Assembly (NCBI GenBank): GCA_963662615.2
Contig: CAXXSR010000001.1
Coordinates: 1,024,001 to 1,088,000 of the forward strand
DNA from: Dehalococcoidia bacterium
GTDB taxonomy: Bacteria > Chloroflexota > Dehalococcoidia > Bin125
Direction: 5' to 3'
DNA: 64,000 nucleotides
The notes beneath the pieces are model-generated. The model did not search any database. It was given only the letters and a program-made list of their open reading frames with translations, and was not told the origin of the DNA. Below, in pieces: positions 29,983 through 38,887 of the stretch. Position 1 is the stretch's first letter, and the number at the start of each line of letters is the position of its first letter. The translations under genes and the position numbers were made by a program.

Positions 29983-30360
29983 TTGGCTGAGGTGGACGTC
30001 TGCCCCCTGAGTGAGCTACCGCCCGGCTCCGTCACCGCCGCCGACATCGACGGCGCCCGCGCCTGCGTGGCCAACGTCAACGGCGAGGTCTTCGCCGTGC
30101 AGGATCGCTGCCCCCACCTCTTCGCCAACCTCTCTGTGGGCGAGCTCAACGGTGGCAACATCGTCTGCCCCTGGCACGACTCCGAATTCGACATGCGCAC
30201 CGGCGAGACCAAGAAATGGGTTCCCACGGGCATCTGGCACTTCCTGGATCAGAAAGCTCCGCCCCTGCCCGCCTTCCTGGAGGCGAAGCTCAAGCCCGCG
30301 CAGATCCGCACCTTCCGCACTCGCATCGTCGACAGCGTCATCCGCGTCTCCGACGAGTGA
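29983..30360 (+). CDS. Rieske 2Fe-2S ferredoxin
   Basis: CPH...CPWH ligands; GGAGG SD before a TTG start. Confidence 0.9.
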   Translation: MAEVDVCPLSELPPGSVTAADIDGARACVANVNGEVFAVQDRCPHLFANLSVGELNGGNIVCPWHDSEFDMRTGETKKWVPTGIWHFLDQKAPPLPAFLEAKLKPAQIRTFRTRIVDSVIRVSDE

Positions 30361-30370
30361 CCCAAAGCGC

Positions 30371-30403
30371 TCAGCCCCGCGGCAGCCCTAACCCCCGCGT
30401 GGC
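30371..30403 (-). repeat. Displaced copy of the last 10 codons plus stop of the acyl-CoA dehydrogenase gene
   Basis: Encodes ATRGLGLPRG*; differs from 31012-31044 only by synonymous TTA/TTG and GCC/GCG. Confidence 0.85.
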
Positions 30404-30414
30404 GCTGTCCCCCC

Positions 30415-30547
30415 TTCGCCCTGACCTGTCCTTCGCGCAGCAGAAGGAGCTTGTCGAAGGGTGAACGGAGGCCACGCGTCTCAGCCCCGCGGCAGCCCCA
30501 ACCCCCGCGTCGCGATGATGTTGCGCTGAATCTCCGACGTCCCCGCC
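30415..30547. repeat. 133-bp direct repeat, copy A (long REP plus acyl-CoA dehydrogenase 3' end)
   Basis: Matches 30946-31078 with 2 mismatches. Confidence 0.95.
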
Positions 30548-30568
30548 CTATTCCTGTAACGTGAACGG

Positions 30569-30955
30569 GTGGGCACATTCCGCGTCCAGATCGAGATCGG
30601 CGACCCCCAGGGCCAGCGCTGGGAGACCGCGGACGTCCTCGTGGACACCGGCGCGACGTACTCCTGGCTCTCCGCGGAGCTCCTGCGGCGCCTGGACGTT
30701 CGGCCCGAGTTCAGCATTGAGTTCGAGACGGCTGACGGCCGCGTTATTCGTCGCGACGCGGCTCACACGCGGGCTCGCCTTGACGGGCAGGAGCGCATCA
30801 CCATCGTCGTCTTCGGCGATGAAGGGTCGCAATCGTTGCTGGGGGCGTACACCCTGGAGGGGTTCCTGTTGGCTCCGGACCCCGTGAATGAGCGCCTCAT
30901 TCATGTCCGTGGCCTGGCGATGGCTACGTCCTTCGCCTCTCACCGTTCGCCCTGA
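30569..30955 (+). CDS. Clan AA (retropepsin-like) aspartyl protease family protein
   Basis: LVDTGATYS, ETADGR, LLGAYTLEG; lies between the two direct repeats. Confidence 0.85.
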   Translation: MGTFRVQIEIGDPQGQRWETADVLVDTGATYSWLSAELLRRLDVRPEFSIEFETADGRVIRRDAAHTRARLDGQERITIVVFGDEGSQSLLGAYTLEGFLLAPDPVNERLIHVRGLAMATSFASHRSP

Positions 30956-31078
30956 CCTGTCCTTCGCGCAGCAGAAGGAGCTTGTCGAAGGGTGAACGGA
31001 GACCACGCGTCTCAGCCCCGCGGCAGCCCCAACCCCCGCGTCGCGATGATGTTGCGCTGTATCTCCGACGTCCCCGCC
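30946..31078. repeat. 133-bp direct repeat, copy B
   Basis: Long REP at 30943-30999 plus the functional 3' end of the acyl-CoA dehydrogenase gene. Confidence 0.95.
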
Positions 31079-32187
31079 GCAATCGTGTATGACGTCGTCG
31101 CCATGTAGCCCTCCGGCATCGCTCCCAGCAACGGCGGCGACGCCGGGGAGCCGCGCCGCAGCGCCCCCCACGCGCCCAGCAGGTTGACGCCCGCCCGCAA
31201 GATCGCCGTCTGCACCTCCGACCCCAACAGCTTCGACATCGACGCCTCCGCGTTCGGCACCTCGCCCCGCGACTGCATCCACGTCACCCGATACGCCAGC
31301 AGCCGCGCCGTCTCATTCGCGATCCAGAGGTCGGCCAACTGGTTGCGCAGGCTCGACGGTCGCGGCCCGCCGCGCTCCCGCACGTAGGCGATCAGCTCCT
31401 CCAGGATCCGACGCGCCCACATGACCCGGCCAATGCCGCTGCGCTCGTAGTCCAACGTCGTCGTCGCCACGTACCAGCCCCGGTTCTCCTCGCTCACCAG
31501 ATTCCGGCGCGGGACGCGGACGTCCGCCATGAAGATCTCGTTGAACGCGGGCGACCCCAGCATGTTCACAAGCGGCCGCACCTCCACTCCGGGCGACCGC
31601 ATCTCCATCATCAGGAAGGAGATCCCCCGATGCTTGGGGGCGTCGGGGTCGGTCCGCGCCAGCAGCATGCACCAGTCGGCGCCCTGGGCGTGGCTGGTCC
31701 AGATCTTCTGGCCGTTGACCACGAAGTCGTCGCCGTCGCGCACGGCCCGCGTCTGCAGCGACGCCAGGTCCGACCCCGACCCCGGCTCCGAGAAGCCCTG
31801 GCACCAGACCTCATCCCCGGCCGCGATCGCCGACAGGTGCTCGGCCTTTTGCTCCTCCGTGCCGTGATGCATGAGCGTGGGGCCCATCATGCTGGCGCCA
31901 AAGGTGTCGGTCGGCGCCATGTGGTAGCCCATCTCCTCATTGAAGACCAGCTGCTGCATGAGGCCGGCGCCCAGGCCGCCGTACTCCTGGGGCCAGTGCA
32001 GCGTCAGCCAGCCCCGCGCCGCCAGCTTCTTCAGGAACCGACGCTTGAACTCCAGCGCACCGACCGGCTCCTCCTCACGCTCGTTCTGCAAGCGCCAGTG
32101 ATCCGGCGGCAGCTCCTCCTGCAGGAACCGTCGCAGCTCCCCCCGGAACGCCTCTTCCGCCGCCGTGAACTGATAGTCGATTGGCAC
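31012..32187 (-). CDS. Acyl-CoA dehydrogenase
   Basis: WCQGFSEPGSGSDLASL, VNGQKIWTS, PKHRGIS, AGTSEIQRNII. Confidence 0.95.
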   Translation of the reverse strand: MPIDYQFTAAEEAFRGELRRFLQEELPPDHWRLQNEREEEPVGALEFKRRFLKKLAARGWLTLHWPQEYGGLGAGLMQQLVFNEEMGYHMAPTDTFGASMMGPTLMHHGTEEQKAEHLSAIAAGDEVWCQGFSEPGSGSDLASLQTRAVRDGDDFVVNGQKIWTSHAQGADWCMLLARTDPDAPKHRGISFLMMEMRSPGVEVRPLVNMLGSPAFNEIFMADVRVPRRNLVSEENRGWYVATTTLDYERSGIGRVMWARRILEELIAYVRERGGPRPSSLRNQLADLWIANETARLLAYRVTWMQSRGEVPNAEASMSKLLGSEVQTAILRAGVNLLGAWGALRRGSPASPPLLGAMPEGYMATTSYTIAAGTSEIQRNIIATRGLGLPRG

Positions 32188-32192
32188 GAGCT

Positions 32193-33107
32193 CTACTCTT
32201 CCTCGGACGTCTCGTCCCGCTCGATTCTTAGCTCGCCCGGTCCATGACTCGTATATGCAGCGACGAACACGTCACGCAATAACTGACGATTCTCAGCGAA
32301 CTCGCTCGTGTTGACGCGGAATCGCGAAGCCTTACTACCAGCACCGCGGCCGAACAGCGGCAGGCCAGCCTCCTCGAGCTTAGTATTCCACTTCAGTTTT
32401 TCGTCCGTTTGCGCGTCTACAAGTAGCCACTGTTTTTTCGGCCGCAGCGCCACAAACGCAGTGGATACGCCGTTCGCTGCAAATCCGATGTAATGCTTGT
32501 TGTACTTCAGGGTCACCCCTGCAGCGAACTCCCGAATGATCCCGAGGCATCCGTCAGCCAGCGCCACCGTGGATGGACTGCCTTTCTGTTCCCAGTACTT
32601 GCGATCCGCCGCGCTCGGAGGCTCCTCTTCAATACCGCCAATCTCGAATTCGTCGAGCACCGTAGCGAAGTGAAGCAGTATTTGGTCCCCCACGCGCAGC
32701 GCCTGCATCTGGATTGCGATCAGTGGAACCGTTCGATTGAACAACTGGACGACGTTGATGAAGCGGCTTGTGATCTGCTCGGCAACAATCACTGCACAAT
32801 GGTCGTACTGCGGGAATCGCCGCCTCTCAATGTCCCAGTACTCCAGCGTGCGGATAATGTGACTCTCGTCGAGCGCGCCGAGCATCAACTCGACCTCGTA
32901 GCGGCGGTCGTTCTCCTCATCACTGAGTAGCAGGTCAAGGCGTCCGGCCTTCGGCTGTACCTTCTCTGAGTCTCTGTACTCTAGGTCTCCGAGGCCAAGG
33001 ACCGCCGGCTCCTTTGCGATGATCTTTTGAACCCACTTCTCGTTGAACTGCGGATGATCTTTTAGCGATATGACTTCGTGCTTCGTGTACGTGAGTTTCT
33101 CAACCAT
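32193..33107 (-). CDS. NucS-like PD-(D/E)xK-fold protein of foreign composition
   Basis: NEKWVQ...GRLDLL...YEVEL...HIIRTLEYW; AT-richer codon usage; sits inside the ECH-ACAD operon. Confidence 0.6.
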   Translation of the reverse strand: MVEKLTYTKHEVISLKDHPQFNEKWVQKIIAKEPAVLGLGDLEYRDSEKVQPKAGRLDLLLSDEENDRRYEVELMLGALDESHIIRTLEYWDIERRRFPQYDHCAVIVAEQITSRFINVVQLFNRTVPLIAIQMQALRVGDQILLHFATVLDEFEIGGIEEEPPSAADRKYWEQKGSPSTVALADGCLGIIREFAAGVTLKYNKHYIGFAANGVSTAFVALRPKKQWLLVDAQTDEKLKWNTKLEEAGLPLFGRGAGSKASRFRVNTSEFAENRQLLRDVFVAAYTSHGPGELRIERDETSEEE

Positions 33108-33115
33108 CCGTGCCC

Positions 33116-33931
33116 CTACCTTCCCACGAACCGCGGCGCCCGCTTCTCCCGAAACGCTCGCGGCCCTTCCCGAGAATCCTCCGTAGTCCGCACGATCACC
33201 ATCGCCTGCTCTGCCATCTCCAGCGCCTCGTGCAGCCCCACCTCCTGCGACCGATACGCCAGCCGCTTCAACAGCTGCACCGCCACCGCCGGCCCGTTCG
33301 CGATCGCCTCGGCAAACGCCATCGTCTCTTGCATCAGCTCGTCGTGCGGCACGACGCGGGTCACGTAGCCCATCGCCAGCGCCTCCTCCGCGTCGAAGAT
33401 GCGGGCCGTCCAGAACAGCTCCAGCGCCCGCGCCATCCCCACGATGCGCGGCAGGAAGTAGGCGCCGCCGTTGCCCGGGACGAGGCCCATGCGCGCGTAG
33501 GCGGTGCCGAAGCGCGCTCGATCCGAGGCGATGCGCAGGTCCGCCATGGACGCCATGTCCATCCCCGCCCCCACAGCCCCCCCGTTCACCGCCGCGATGT
33601 ACGGCTTCTCCAGGCTCTGCAGCGCCCGCGGGATCCGCTGCACGCTGTCGCGTAGCCGATTTCGGTTCGCGGCCGGCTCCTTGCTGACCGCCCCGATCGA
33701 CGCCGCGCCGGCGCCGCCGCCCTCCGAGACGTCCGCGCCGGCGCAGAAGCCGCGCCCCGCCCCGGTCACGATCACTGCGCGCACGCCGTCGTCACCATGG
33801 GCCCGCAGGATCGCCTCGTGCCAGAGGTCGATCATCTCCGTCGAGAACGCGTTCATCCGCGCCGGACGGTTCAGGGTGATGGTCGCCACGTACCTTTGCA
33901 CGTCGTACAGCAGTGCCCGCTCACTCGTCAT
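33116..33931 (-). CDS. Enoyl-CoA hydratase/isomerase
   Basis: ITLNRPARMNA, TGAGRGFCAGAD, KPYIAAVNG. Confidence 0.92.
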   Translation of the reverse strand: MTSERALLYDVQRYVATITLNRPARMNAFSTEMIDLWHEAILRAHGDDGVRAVIVTGAGRGFCAGADVSEGGGAGAASIGAVSKEPAANRNRLRDSVQRIPRALQSLEKPYIAAVNGGAVGAGMDMASMADLRIASDRARFGTAYARMGLVPGNGGAYFLPRIVGMARALELFWTARIFDAEEALAMGYVTRVVPHDELMQETMAFAEAIANGPAVAVQLLKRLAYRSQEVGLHEALEMAEQAMVIVRTTEDSREGPRAFREKRAPRFVGR

Positions 33932-33990
33932 CGCGCCCTCGCCCCTTCGTCTCGATTGTCGCCCTGCCTGCCCACGCTCCCAGCGGCGGC

Positions 33991-34785
33991 TCAGTTCATC
34001 TCAATGCCGCCGTCCACGTTCAGCGACTGGCCGGTGATGTTGTGCGCATCCTCCGACGCCAGGAAGACCACGGCTTTGCCGACATCCTCCGGCGTCTGCT
34101 CCCGGCCCAGCGGACACTGCTCCTTGACGTAGCGCTCGAAGATCTCGCGCCGCTCCACCACCGACGGCGTCGCGTCCCGCCCCGCCATCGCCTCGATCTG
34201 CCGCCACAGGTTCGTCCACAGCAGCCCCGGACAGACCGCATTGACGTTGACGTTGCTCCGCGCGAGGTCGTGCGCCAGCGTTTGCGTGAGGTTGATCGCC
34301 CCCGCCTTTGAGGCGTTGTAGGGCGCCATCCCCTGCTGTCCCCGCCGTCCCGCGATGGAGGCGATGTTCACAATCTTGCCGCCCCCCGCCGACTTGAAAT
34401 GCGGCACCACGGCGCTGCTCATGATCCACATGCCCCTGAGGTTGACCTCATAGCACATGTCCCAGTCCTCCGGCGTGATGCGCCCGCCGCCGATGTGCTG
34501 GGCCACCACGCCGGCGTTGTTGACCAGGACGTCCACCTGCCCTCGTTCTGCGATCGCCCGCTCAACTCCGGCCGCCGCCGACGCCGGGTCGGTGACGTCC
34601 ACCTCCACCACCGTGCACTGGCGCCCCTCCTCGCGCACCTCGCCCGCCGTCCGCTCCGCGTTCCCCAGGTCGATATCGGCGATGACGATGTCGGCGCCCT
34701 CCTTGGCCAGCTCCAGCACGATGCCGCGGCCAACCCCCCGACCGCCCCCGGTCACGATCGCCGTCTTGCCCTCAAGCCGCCCCAT
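33991..34785 (-). CDS. SDR family oxidoreductase
   Basis: TGGGRGVG, VNNAG, YNASK, ITGQSLNVDGG. Confidence 0.93.
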   Translation of the reverse strand: MGRLEGKTAIVTGGGRGVGRGIVLELAKEGADIVIADIDLGNAERTAGEVREEGRQCTVVEVDVTDPASAAAGVERAIAERGQVDVLVNNAGVVAQHIGGGRITPEDWDMCYEVNLRGMWIMSSAVVPHFKSAGGGKIVNIASIAGRRGQQGMAPYNASKAGAINLTQTLAHDLARSNVNVNAVCPGLLWTNLWRQIEAMAGRDATPSVVERREIFERYVKEQCPLGREQTPEDVGKAVVFLASEDAHNITGQSLNVDGGIEMN

Positions 34786-34800
34786 CTTGTCCTCCTCGCC

Positions 34801-34959
34801 GAACCGCACCGCTCAAAGCGAACCTGTACCGCTTGTGGCAGACTCGTCCCGCCCGTGTCGAACTCGCACCGCTCGCGCTGAACTCGTCCCGACCGTGGCG
34901 AGTTCCTCCCGCTCGTGGTGAGCCCCTCCCGCTCGTGGTGAGCCTGTCGAACCACGAGC
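34801..34959. repeat. Degenerate 20-bp tandem array (7 units) ending in a REP palindrome (34931-34959)
   Basis: 20-nt rows from 34801 share CCG at positions 9-11; the last two rows end cccgctcgtggtg and lead into gagcctgtcgaaccacgagc. Confidence 0.8.
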
Positions 34960-35022
34960 CTGCCCGCCGTCGGCCGCCGGGAGGATAACCGGCCCCGTGC
35001 GCCGCAGGAAGGACCGACCGCG

Positions 35023-35742
35023 CTACTCCCCCGTGAGCCGCACCAACGCCCCCACCCCTACGCCGTTTTCCTCGAACCATCCCTGGCACACTTCCAGCGC
35101 CCACCGATACGCCGCCGCGGGAACGTGCAGCGTCGTCGTCAGCGGCTCCATGTCCTGGATCTCACGGATCACGCCCTCCGCGTCAATGAAGGCGATGCTC
35201 AAGGGCGCCACGGTGTCCATCATCCAGAAGCCACCCCGCGTATCCGCCGGGAAGAGGAACAGCATTCCCGCGCCGTCCGACAGTGACGGCCGGAACATGA
35301 GCCCGCGCGACCGTCTCGCGGGCGTGTCAGCCAGCTCCGCGCGCAGCACACGCTTTGCTCCGCCAACCGCCGTCACCTCCACCAGCGCCGTCGCGAAGAT
35401 GATCTCGTTGGGCTGCTCCCACACGACGGCCTCCACCGCGCGCAGCCAGTACGCCTCACCCCGTTCCAGCACTGCCAGCGTCGCGATCGACGGCACGGCG
35501 GGGAAGTAGCTCGACCATGAAGCGCTTTCCGCCTCCCAGTGCCAGACCGCGGTGACCGCCTCGGCCACGCCGGCCAGGGCCCGATCCACCGGCAGGGTCT
35601 CGCCTTGATAGGCCACGTTGTTCAGGCCCGATCGCAGCGGCACGCTCAGGCCGGCGCCCGCCTCGACTCGCGGGCCCGCCTGCGGCAGCCACATAGCTGC
35701 CGCGAGCACGACCGGCACGGCGATGCGGAGAAGCCACGTCAT
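35023..35742 (-). CDS. DUF192 domain protein with signal peptide
   Basis: ELADTPARRSRGLMFR, GMLFLF, FWMMDT...LSIAFID, ALEV. Confidence 0.88.
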   Translation of the reverse strand: MTWLLRIAVPVVLAAAMWLPQAGPRVEAGAGLSVPLRSGLNNVAYQGETLPVDRALAGVAEAVTAVWHWEAESASWSSYFPAVPSIATLAVLERGEAYWLRAVEAVVWEQPNEIIFATALVEVTAVGGAKRVLRAELADTPARRSRGLMFRPSLSDGAGMLFLFPADTRGGFWMMDTVAPLSIAFIDAEGVIREIQDMEPLTTTLHVPAAAYRWALEVCQGWFEENGVGVGALVRLTGE

Positions 35743-35940
35743 CGGGCCAGTTTACGCTGAGGTTGTCCGCCACTGCGCTAGCCAAGCCAGGCATTCGGGA
35801 CACCGAGGCGACGGGCAATCCCACCATTCAGAACCTGCTCGTTGAGGTGCAGCGCTGGGTGGACCGCAACGCCTGGTTCCTGCGCGCCCACCTGCGCTGA
35901 CCGACTCAGCGCCGCGGGTCGCTACTCGACGGGCGCGTCC

Positions 35941-36645
35941 CTATTCGAGAACCGAGTCCAGCTTGCTTTGGTAGTAGACGCCCATGGCGGCGTTGGCATC
36001 GACAATCTCCTTCAGCGACGCCGCCACATCGCCCCACTTCGCGCCCGGCACGCTGACGTACAGATCGCTGTCGGGCAGGCCGGTGTACGTGCGACTGCCC
36101 TTGCAGCCCAGCGACATGGCCGCAACGCCCCCGTTCACCGTCAGCGGCACCAGGGCGCACCCAGGGCGGCCCAGCATGCTCGCCACGGCATCGCCGGCGC
36201 CCGCCCGTATCGCCGCTTCGTTGAGCAGCATCGCCTGCGCTGGCTCCGCCGCCACCACCACGACGTCCGGGTCGAACGCCCCCTCGTCTGCCCGTCCGTA
36301 CGCCACGAACGCGTGCGACGCCGGCATCGTCGGGATCGACGGCACGTCCTCCGGTTGGAGGTATTTCTGCGTCACCATGAAGCCGATCGTCTCGTCCAAC
36401 TCCGCCGCTCGGCCTTGGGGCAGCGGGATGTTGTGCGTGTACGCCCCTACGGCGCAGTTGGCGTGGTCGCCCTGCTCCGTGTAGAAGGCGTCACCCTCCT
36501 GCGCCGTCTGCCAGAAGGCACAGCCCGCCGGGACGGCGCCCCCATCGTATTTCCGCACTCCCGCCGGCGCCTCGTCGAAGAATCCGATCGCGACTGGCGG
36601 CCGGCTCAGCCCCAGCAGCTCTTGCACACGCGCGCGCTGCACCAT
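35941..36645 (-). CDS. DUF169 family protein
   Basis: LGLSRPPVAI, GCAFW, NCAVG, SLGCKGSR; in the arsM operon. Confidence 0.75.
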   Translation of the reverse strand: MVQRARVQELLGLSRPPVAIGFFDEAPAGVRKYDGGAVPAGCAFWQTAQEGDAFYTEQGDHANCAVGAYTHNIPLPQGRAAELDETIGFMVTQKYLQPEDVPSIPTMPASHAFVAYGRADEGAFDPDVVVVAAEPAQAMLLNEAAIRAGAGDAVASMLGRPGCALVPLTVNGGVAAMSLGCKGSRTYTGLPDSDLYVSVPGAKWGDVAASLKEIVDANAAMGVYYQSKLDSVLE

Positions 36646-36721
36646 ATCGCTCCCTCTCGTCACACGGACTGGCCGCCTCATTCGCACCCAGCCTCTGCGA
36701 GGGTAGCGTATCCGCCGGCCC

Positions 36722-37564
36722 CTAGGCGGGCTTGCGAGCGGAGATGTCGGCCGAGCGCACGTTGTCGTGCTCCCCCTCGCCGATCGCGACGCGCACATCC
36801 ACGAAGCCGGCCGCCCCCAACTGCCGCGCGAATTCGTCCGGCCGCAGCGCGCCGGCGATGCAGCCCGCCCACTCCGACAGATACTCGCTCTTCGCGACGT
36901 CCAGCTCCTTCGTCAGGACCACATCGCTGACGCGAAAGCGTCCGCCCGGCTTCAGCGCCCGATACGCCTCCCGCAACACGCGCGGCTTATCGGGCGAAAG
37001 ATTGATCACGCAGTTGGAGATGAGCACGTCCACCGACTCGTCCTGGACCGGCAGCGCCTCGATCTGACCCCGGCGGAACTCCACGTTCGTCGCGCCCACT
37101 TTGGCCGCGTTGCCCCGCGCCAGCGCGATCATCTCCTCCGTCATATCGACGCCGATCACGCGGCCCCCGGGCCCCACTCGCTGCGCCGCCAGAAAACAGT
37201 CGATCCCCCCGCCCGATCCCAGGTCGAGCACGGTTTCGCCCGGCGCCAGCTCGGCGATCGCGGTCGGGTTGCCGCAGCCCAGCGCCGCCCCCGTGACGCT
37301 CGCTGGCAGCGCCGACGTCTCGCTGGCCTGGTAGAACGCCTTCACCGCCTCGATCTGCGCCTCGGAGGTCCCGTCCGGCGCGCAGCAGCCGGCCTCTGCG
37401 TCGTCGATCACTGCGACGACTTCGCCGGCCTGCGCGGGTCCGCACCCACCCGCGGGCCGCGTGCTCCCTGCCAGTTCGCGCCTGGCGATGCCGCCGTAGC
37501 GTTCGCGTACGGCCTCCCTGACCGTGTCCTCGTCCTGCCGCTGGTTGGCCAACGGATTGCTCAT
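36722..37564 (-). CDS. arsM: Arsenite methyltransferase
   Basis: [45 protein letters not shown]. Confidence 0.88.
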   Translation of the reverse strand: MSNPLANQRQDEDTVREAVRERYGGIARRELAGSTRPAGGCGPAQAGEVVAVIDDAEAGCCAPDGTSEAQIEAVKAFYQASETSALPASVTGAALGCGNPTAIAELAPGETVLDLGSGGGIDCFLAAQRVGPGGRVIGVDMTEEMIALARGNAAKVGATNVEFRRGQIEALPVQDESVDVLISNCVINLSPDKPRVLREAYRALKPGGRFRVSDVVLTKELDVAKSEYLSEWAGCIAGALRPDEFARQLGAAGFVDVRVAIGEGEHDNVRSADISARKPA

Positions 37565-37992
37565 CAGTCGTCTCCTTTCGTCGTGGCGCACGTTGGACAG
37601 CACGCCGGCTCCAGCGTCATCTCGTGCAGTGGCACGTCGCCTTGCGCCGCCGCCACCACCCGACCAATGGCGGGGAGATGCCGCGCCCAGGCCTCGGCGC
37701 CTAGGCGCAACGCCTCTCGGCCCTCCGTCGTCAGACGGCACACGTTGCGCGTCCGCCCGCTCTTGGTCTCAGCGCGACAGGCGATCAGCCCGGCCGCCTC
37801 CAGGTCGCGCAACCCCGGATAGATCATCGCGTCCGACGGATCGCAGCAGCCGTCGCAGAACTCGCGAATCGCGCGCGCGATGTCGTAACCGTGACGCGGC
37901 TGGTCGGTCAGCGCCGCCAGCATAAAGAGCCGGCCGGCGCTGTGCATAATGCCGGTCTCCCAGTAGTCGGGGCTGGTCAGGTCGGCGGCCAT
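37564..37992 (-). CDS. PadR family transcriptional regulator, Cys-rich
   Basis: [30 protein letters not shown]; CDGCC and CCPTC clusters; stop overlaps the arsM start. Confidence 0.85.
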   Translation of the reverse strand: MAADLTSPDYWETGIMHSAGRLFMLAALTDQPRHGYDIARAIREFCDGCCDPSDAMIYPGLRDLEAAGLIACRAETKSGRTRNVCRLTTEGREALRLGAEAWARHLPAIGRVVAAAQGDVPLHEMTLEPACCPTCATTKGDD

Positions 37993-38049
37993 GGGACCTC
38001 CACGTTCCGTTGCGCACGTTTCTTCGCGCCTCTGGTCATGTCGGGGCGC

Positions 38050-38068
38050 TATATCGCATACAGATATA
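38050..38068. promoter_or_regulatory. AT-rich palindrome TATATC-N7-GATATA, candidate PadR operator
   Basis: In the divergent padR / queD-like intergenic region. Confidence 0.5.
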
Positions 38069-38162
38069 TAGGATAACGATGTATGAACGCAAGTCGGGAT
38101 CTGTTCACTCCGTTACGCTCGCCCCGCCAGCGCCGCGCGCCCGCGGCGGGGAGGATGTCGCC

Positions 38163-38660
38163 ATGCCCTATCGCGTCACCGTCGAGCGGAACCGGCTGCG
38201 CTTCGCCGCCGGCCATTTCGCCACCTTCGCCGACGAGCTCGAGCCCATCCACGGCCACAACTACGACCTCTTCGTCGAGGTCGAAGGCCCCCTCACCGAA
38301 GAGTCGTGGCTGATCGACTTTTCGCTCCTCAAGCGGCTCGCCCGCGACGTCTGCCAGACGCTGGACCACAAGTTCCTCCTGCAGATGGACTCGCGCACCC
38401 TCGCCATCCGCGACCTCGACAGCCACTTCGAGGTCCAGTACCGCGACCAACCGCCGTACCGCCTGCCCAAGCGCGACGTCGCTGCCCTCCCCATCGACAA
38501 CACCACCGCCGAGCGCCTCGCCGAGTACATCGCTGGGCAGCTCAAGCCGGCCCTCGCCGCCGATGCCCCGCCCGGCCTCGTCCGCCTGCGTGTGGGCGTG
38601 GAAGAGATGCCGGGCCAGGCCGGCTGGTACGAGACGGACCTAAGCGCATCGCCCCGCTGA
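38163..38660 (+). CDS. 6-pyruvoyl-tetrahydropterin synthase / QueD family protein
   Basis: FAAGHF, IHGHNY, IDF, LDHKFL, NTTAERLA. Confidence 0.85.
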   Translation: MPYRVTVERNRLRFAAGHFATFADELEPIHGHNYDLFVEVEGPLTEESWLIDFSLLKRLARDVCQTLDHKFLLQMDSRTLAIRDLDSHFEVQYRDQPPYRLPKRDVAALPIDNTTAERLAEYIAGQLKPALAADAPPGLVRLRVGVEEMPGQAGWYETDLSASPR

Positions 38661-38744
38661 ATTAAGGGCCGATCATCAAGTCCCAGCGCGAGCGCCCGCC
38701 AGGGCCGCGCTGGCCCGGACAAACCGCGAGCGCGTGCGAAAAAG

Positions 38745-38883
38745 CCGTTCGCCCTGACCTGTCCTTCCGTCTGAGGAAGGAGCCTGTCGAAGGGTCGTCC
38801 TGACCTGTTCTTCCTTCTGAGGAAGGAGCTTGCCTGTCCTGATCCTTCCCTGCGGGAAGGACGAAGGGTCGAAGGGCGAACGG
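38745..38883. repeat. Compound, nested REP cluster (two long REPs plus an extra nested hairpin)
   Basis: ccgttcgccctga-cctgtccttc-cgtctgag-gaagga-gcctgtcgaaggg then tcgtcctga-cctgttcttc-cttctgag-gaagga-gcttg...tcgaagggcgaacgg. Confidence 0.9.
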
Positions 38884-38887
38884 CAAA

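Noticed and set aside
30481-30717. 78-aa ORF ending like acyl-CoA dehydrogenase
   Set aside because: Only the last ~21 codons are ACAD-derived; the rest is mostly antisense to the aspartyl protease gene, so it is a scar rather than a gene.
30415-30999. REPs as integron attC sites
   Set aside because: The ends run GTT...AAC rather than RYYYAAC...GTTRRRY, the copies are dispersed instead of arrayed, and no integron integrase is present.
34801-34959. Possible CRISPR array
   Set aside because: The units are contiguous 20-mers with no unique spacers, and no cas genes are in the window.
36722-37564. Selenocysteine in ArsM
   Set aside because: The conserved Cys positions are ordinary Cys codons and there is no in-frame TGA.
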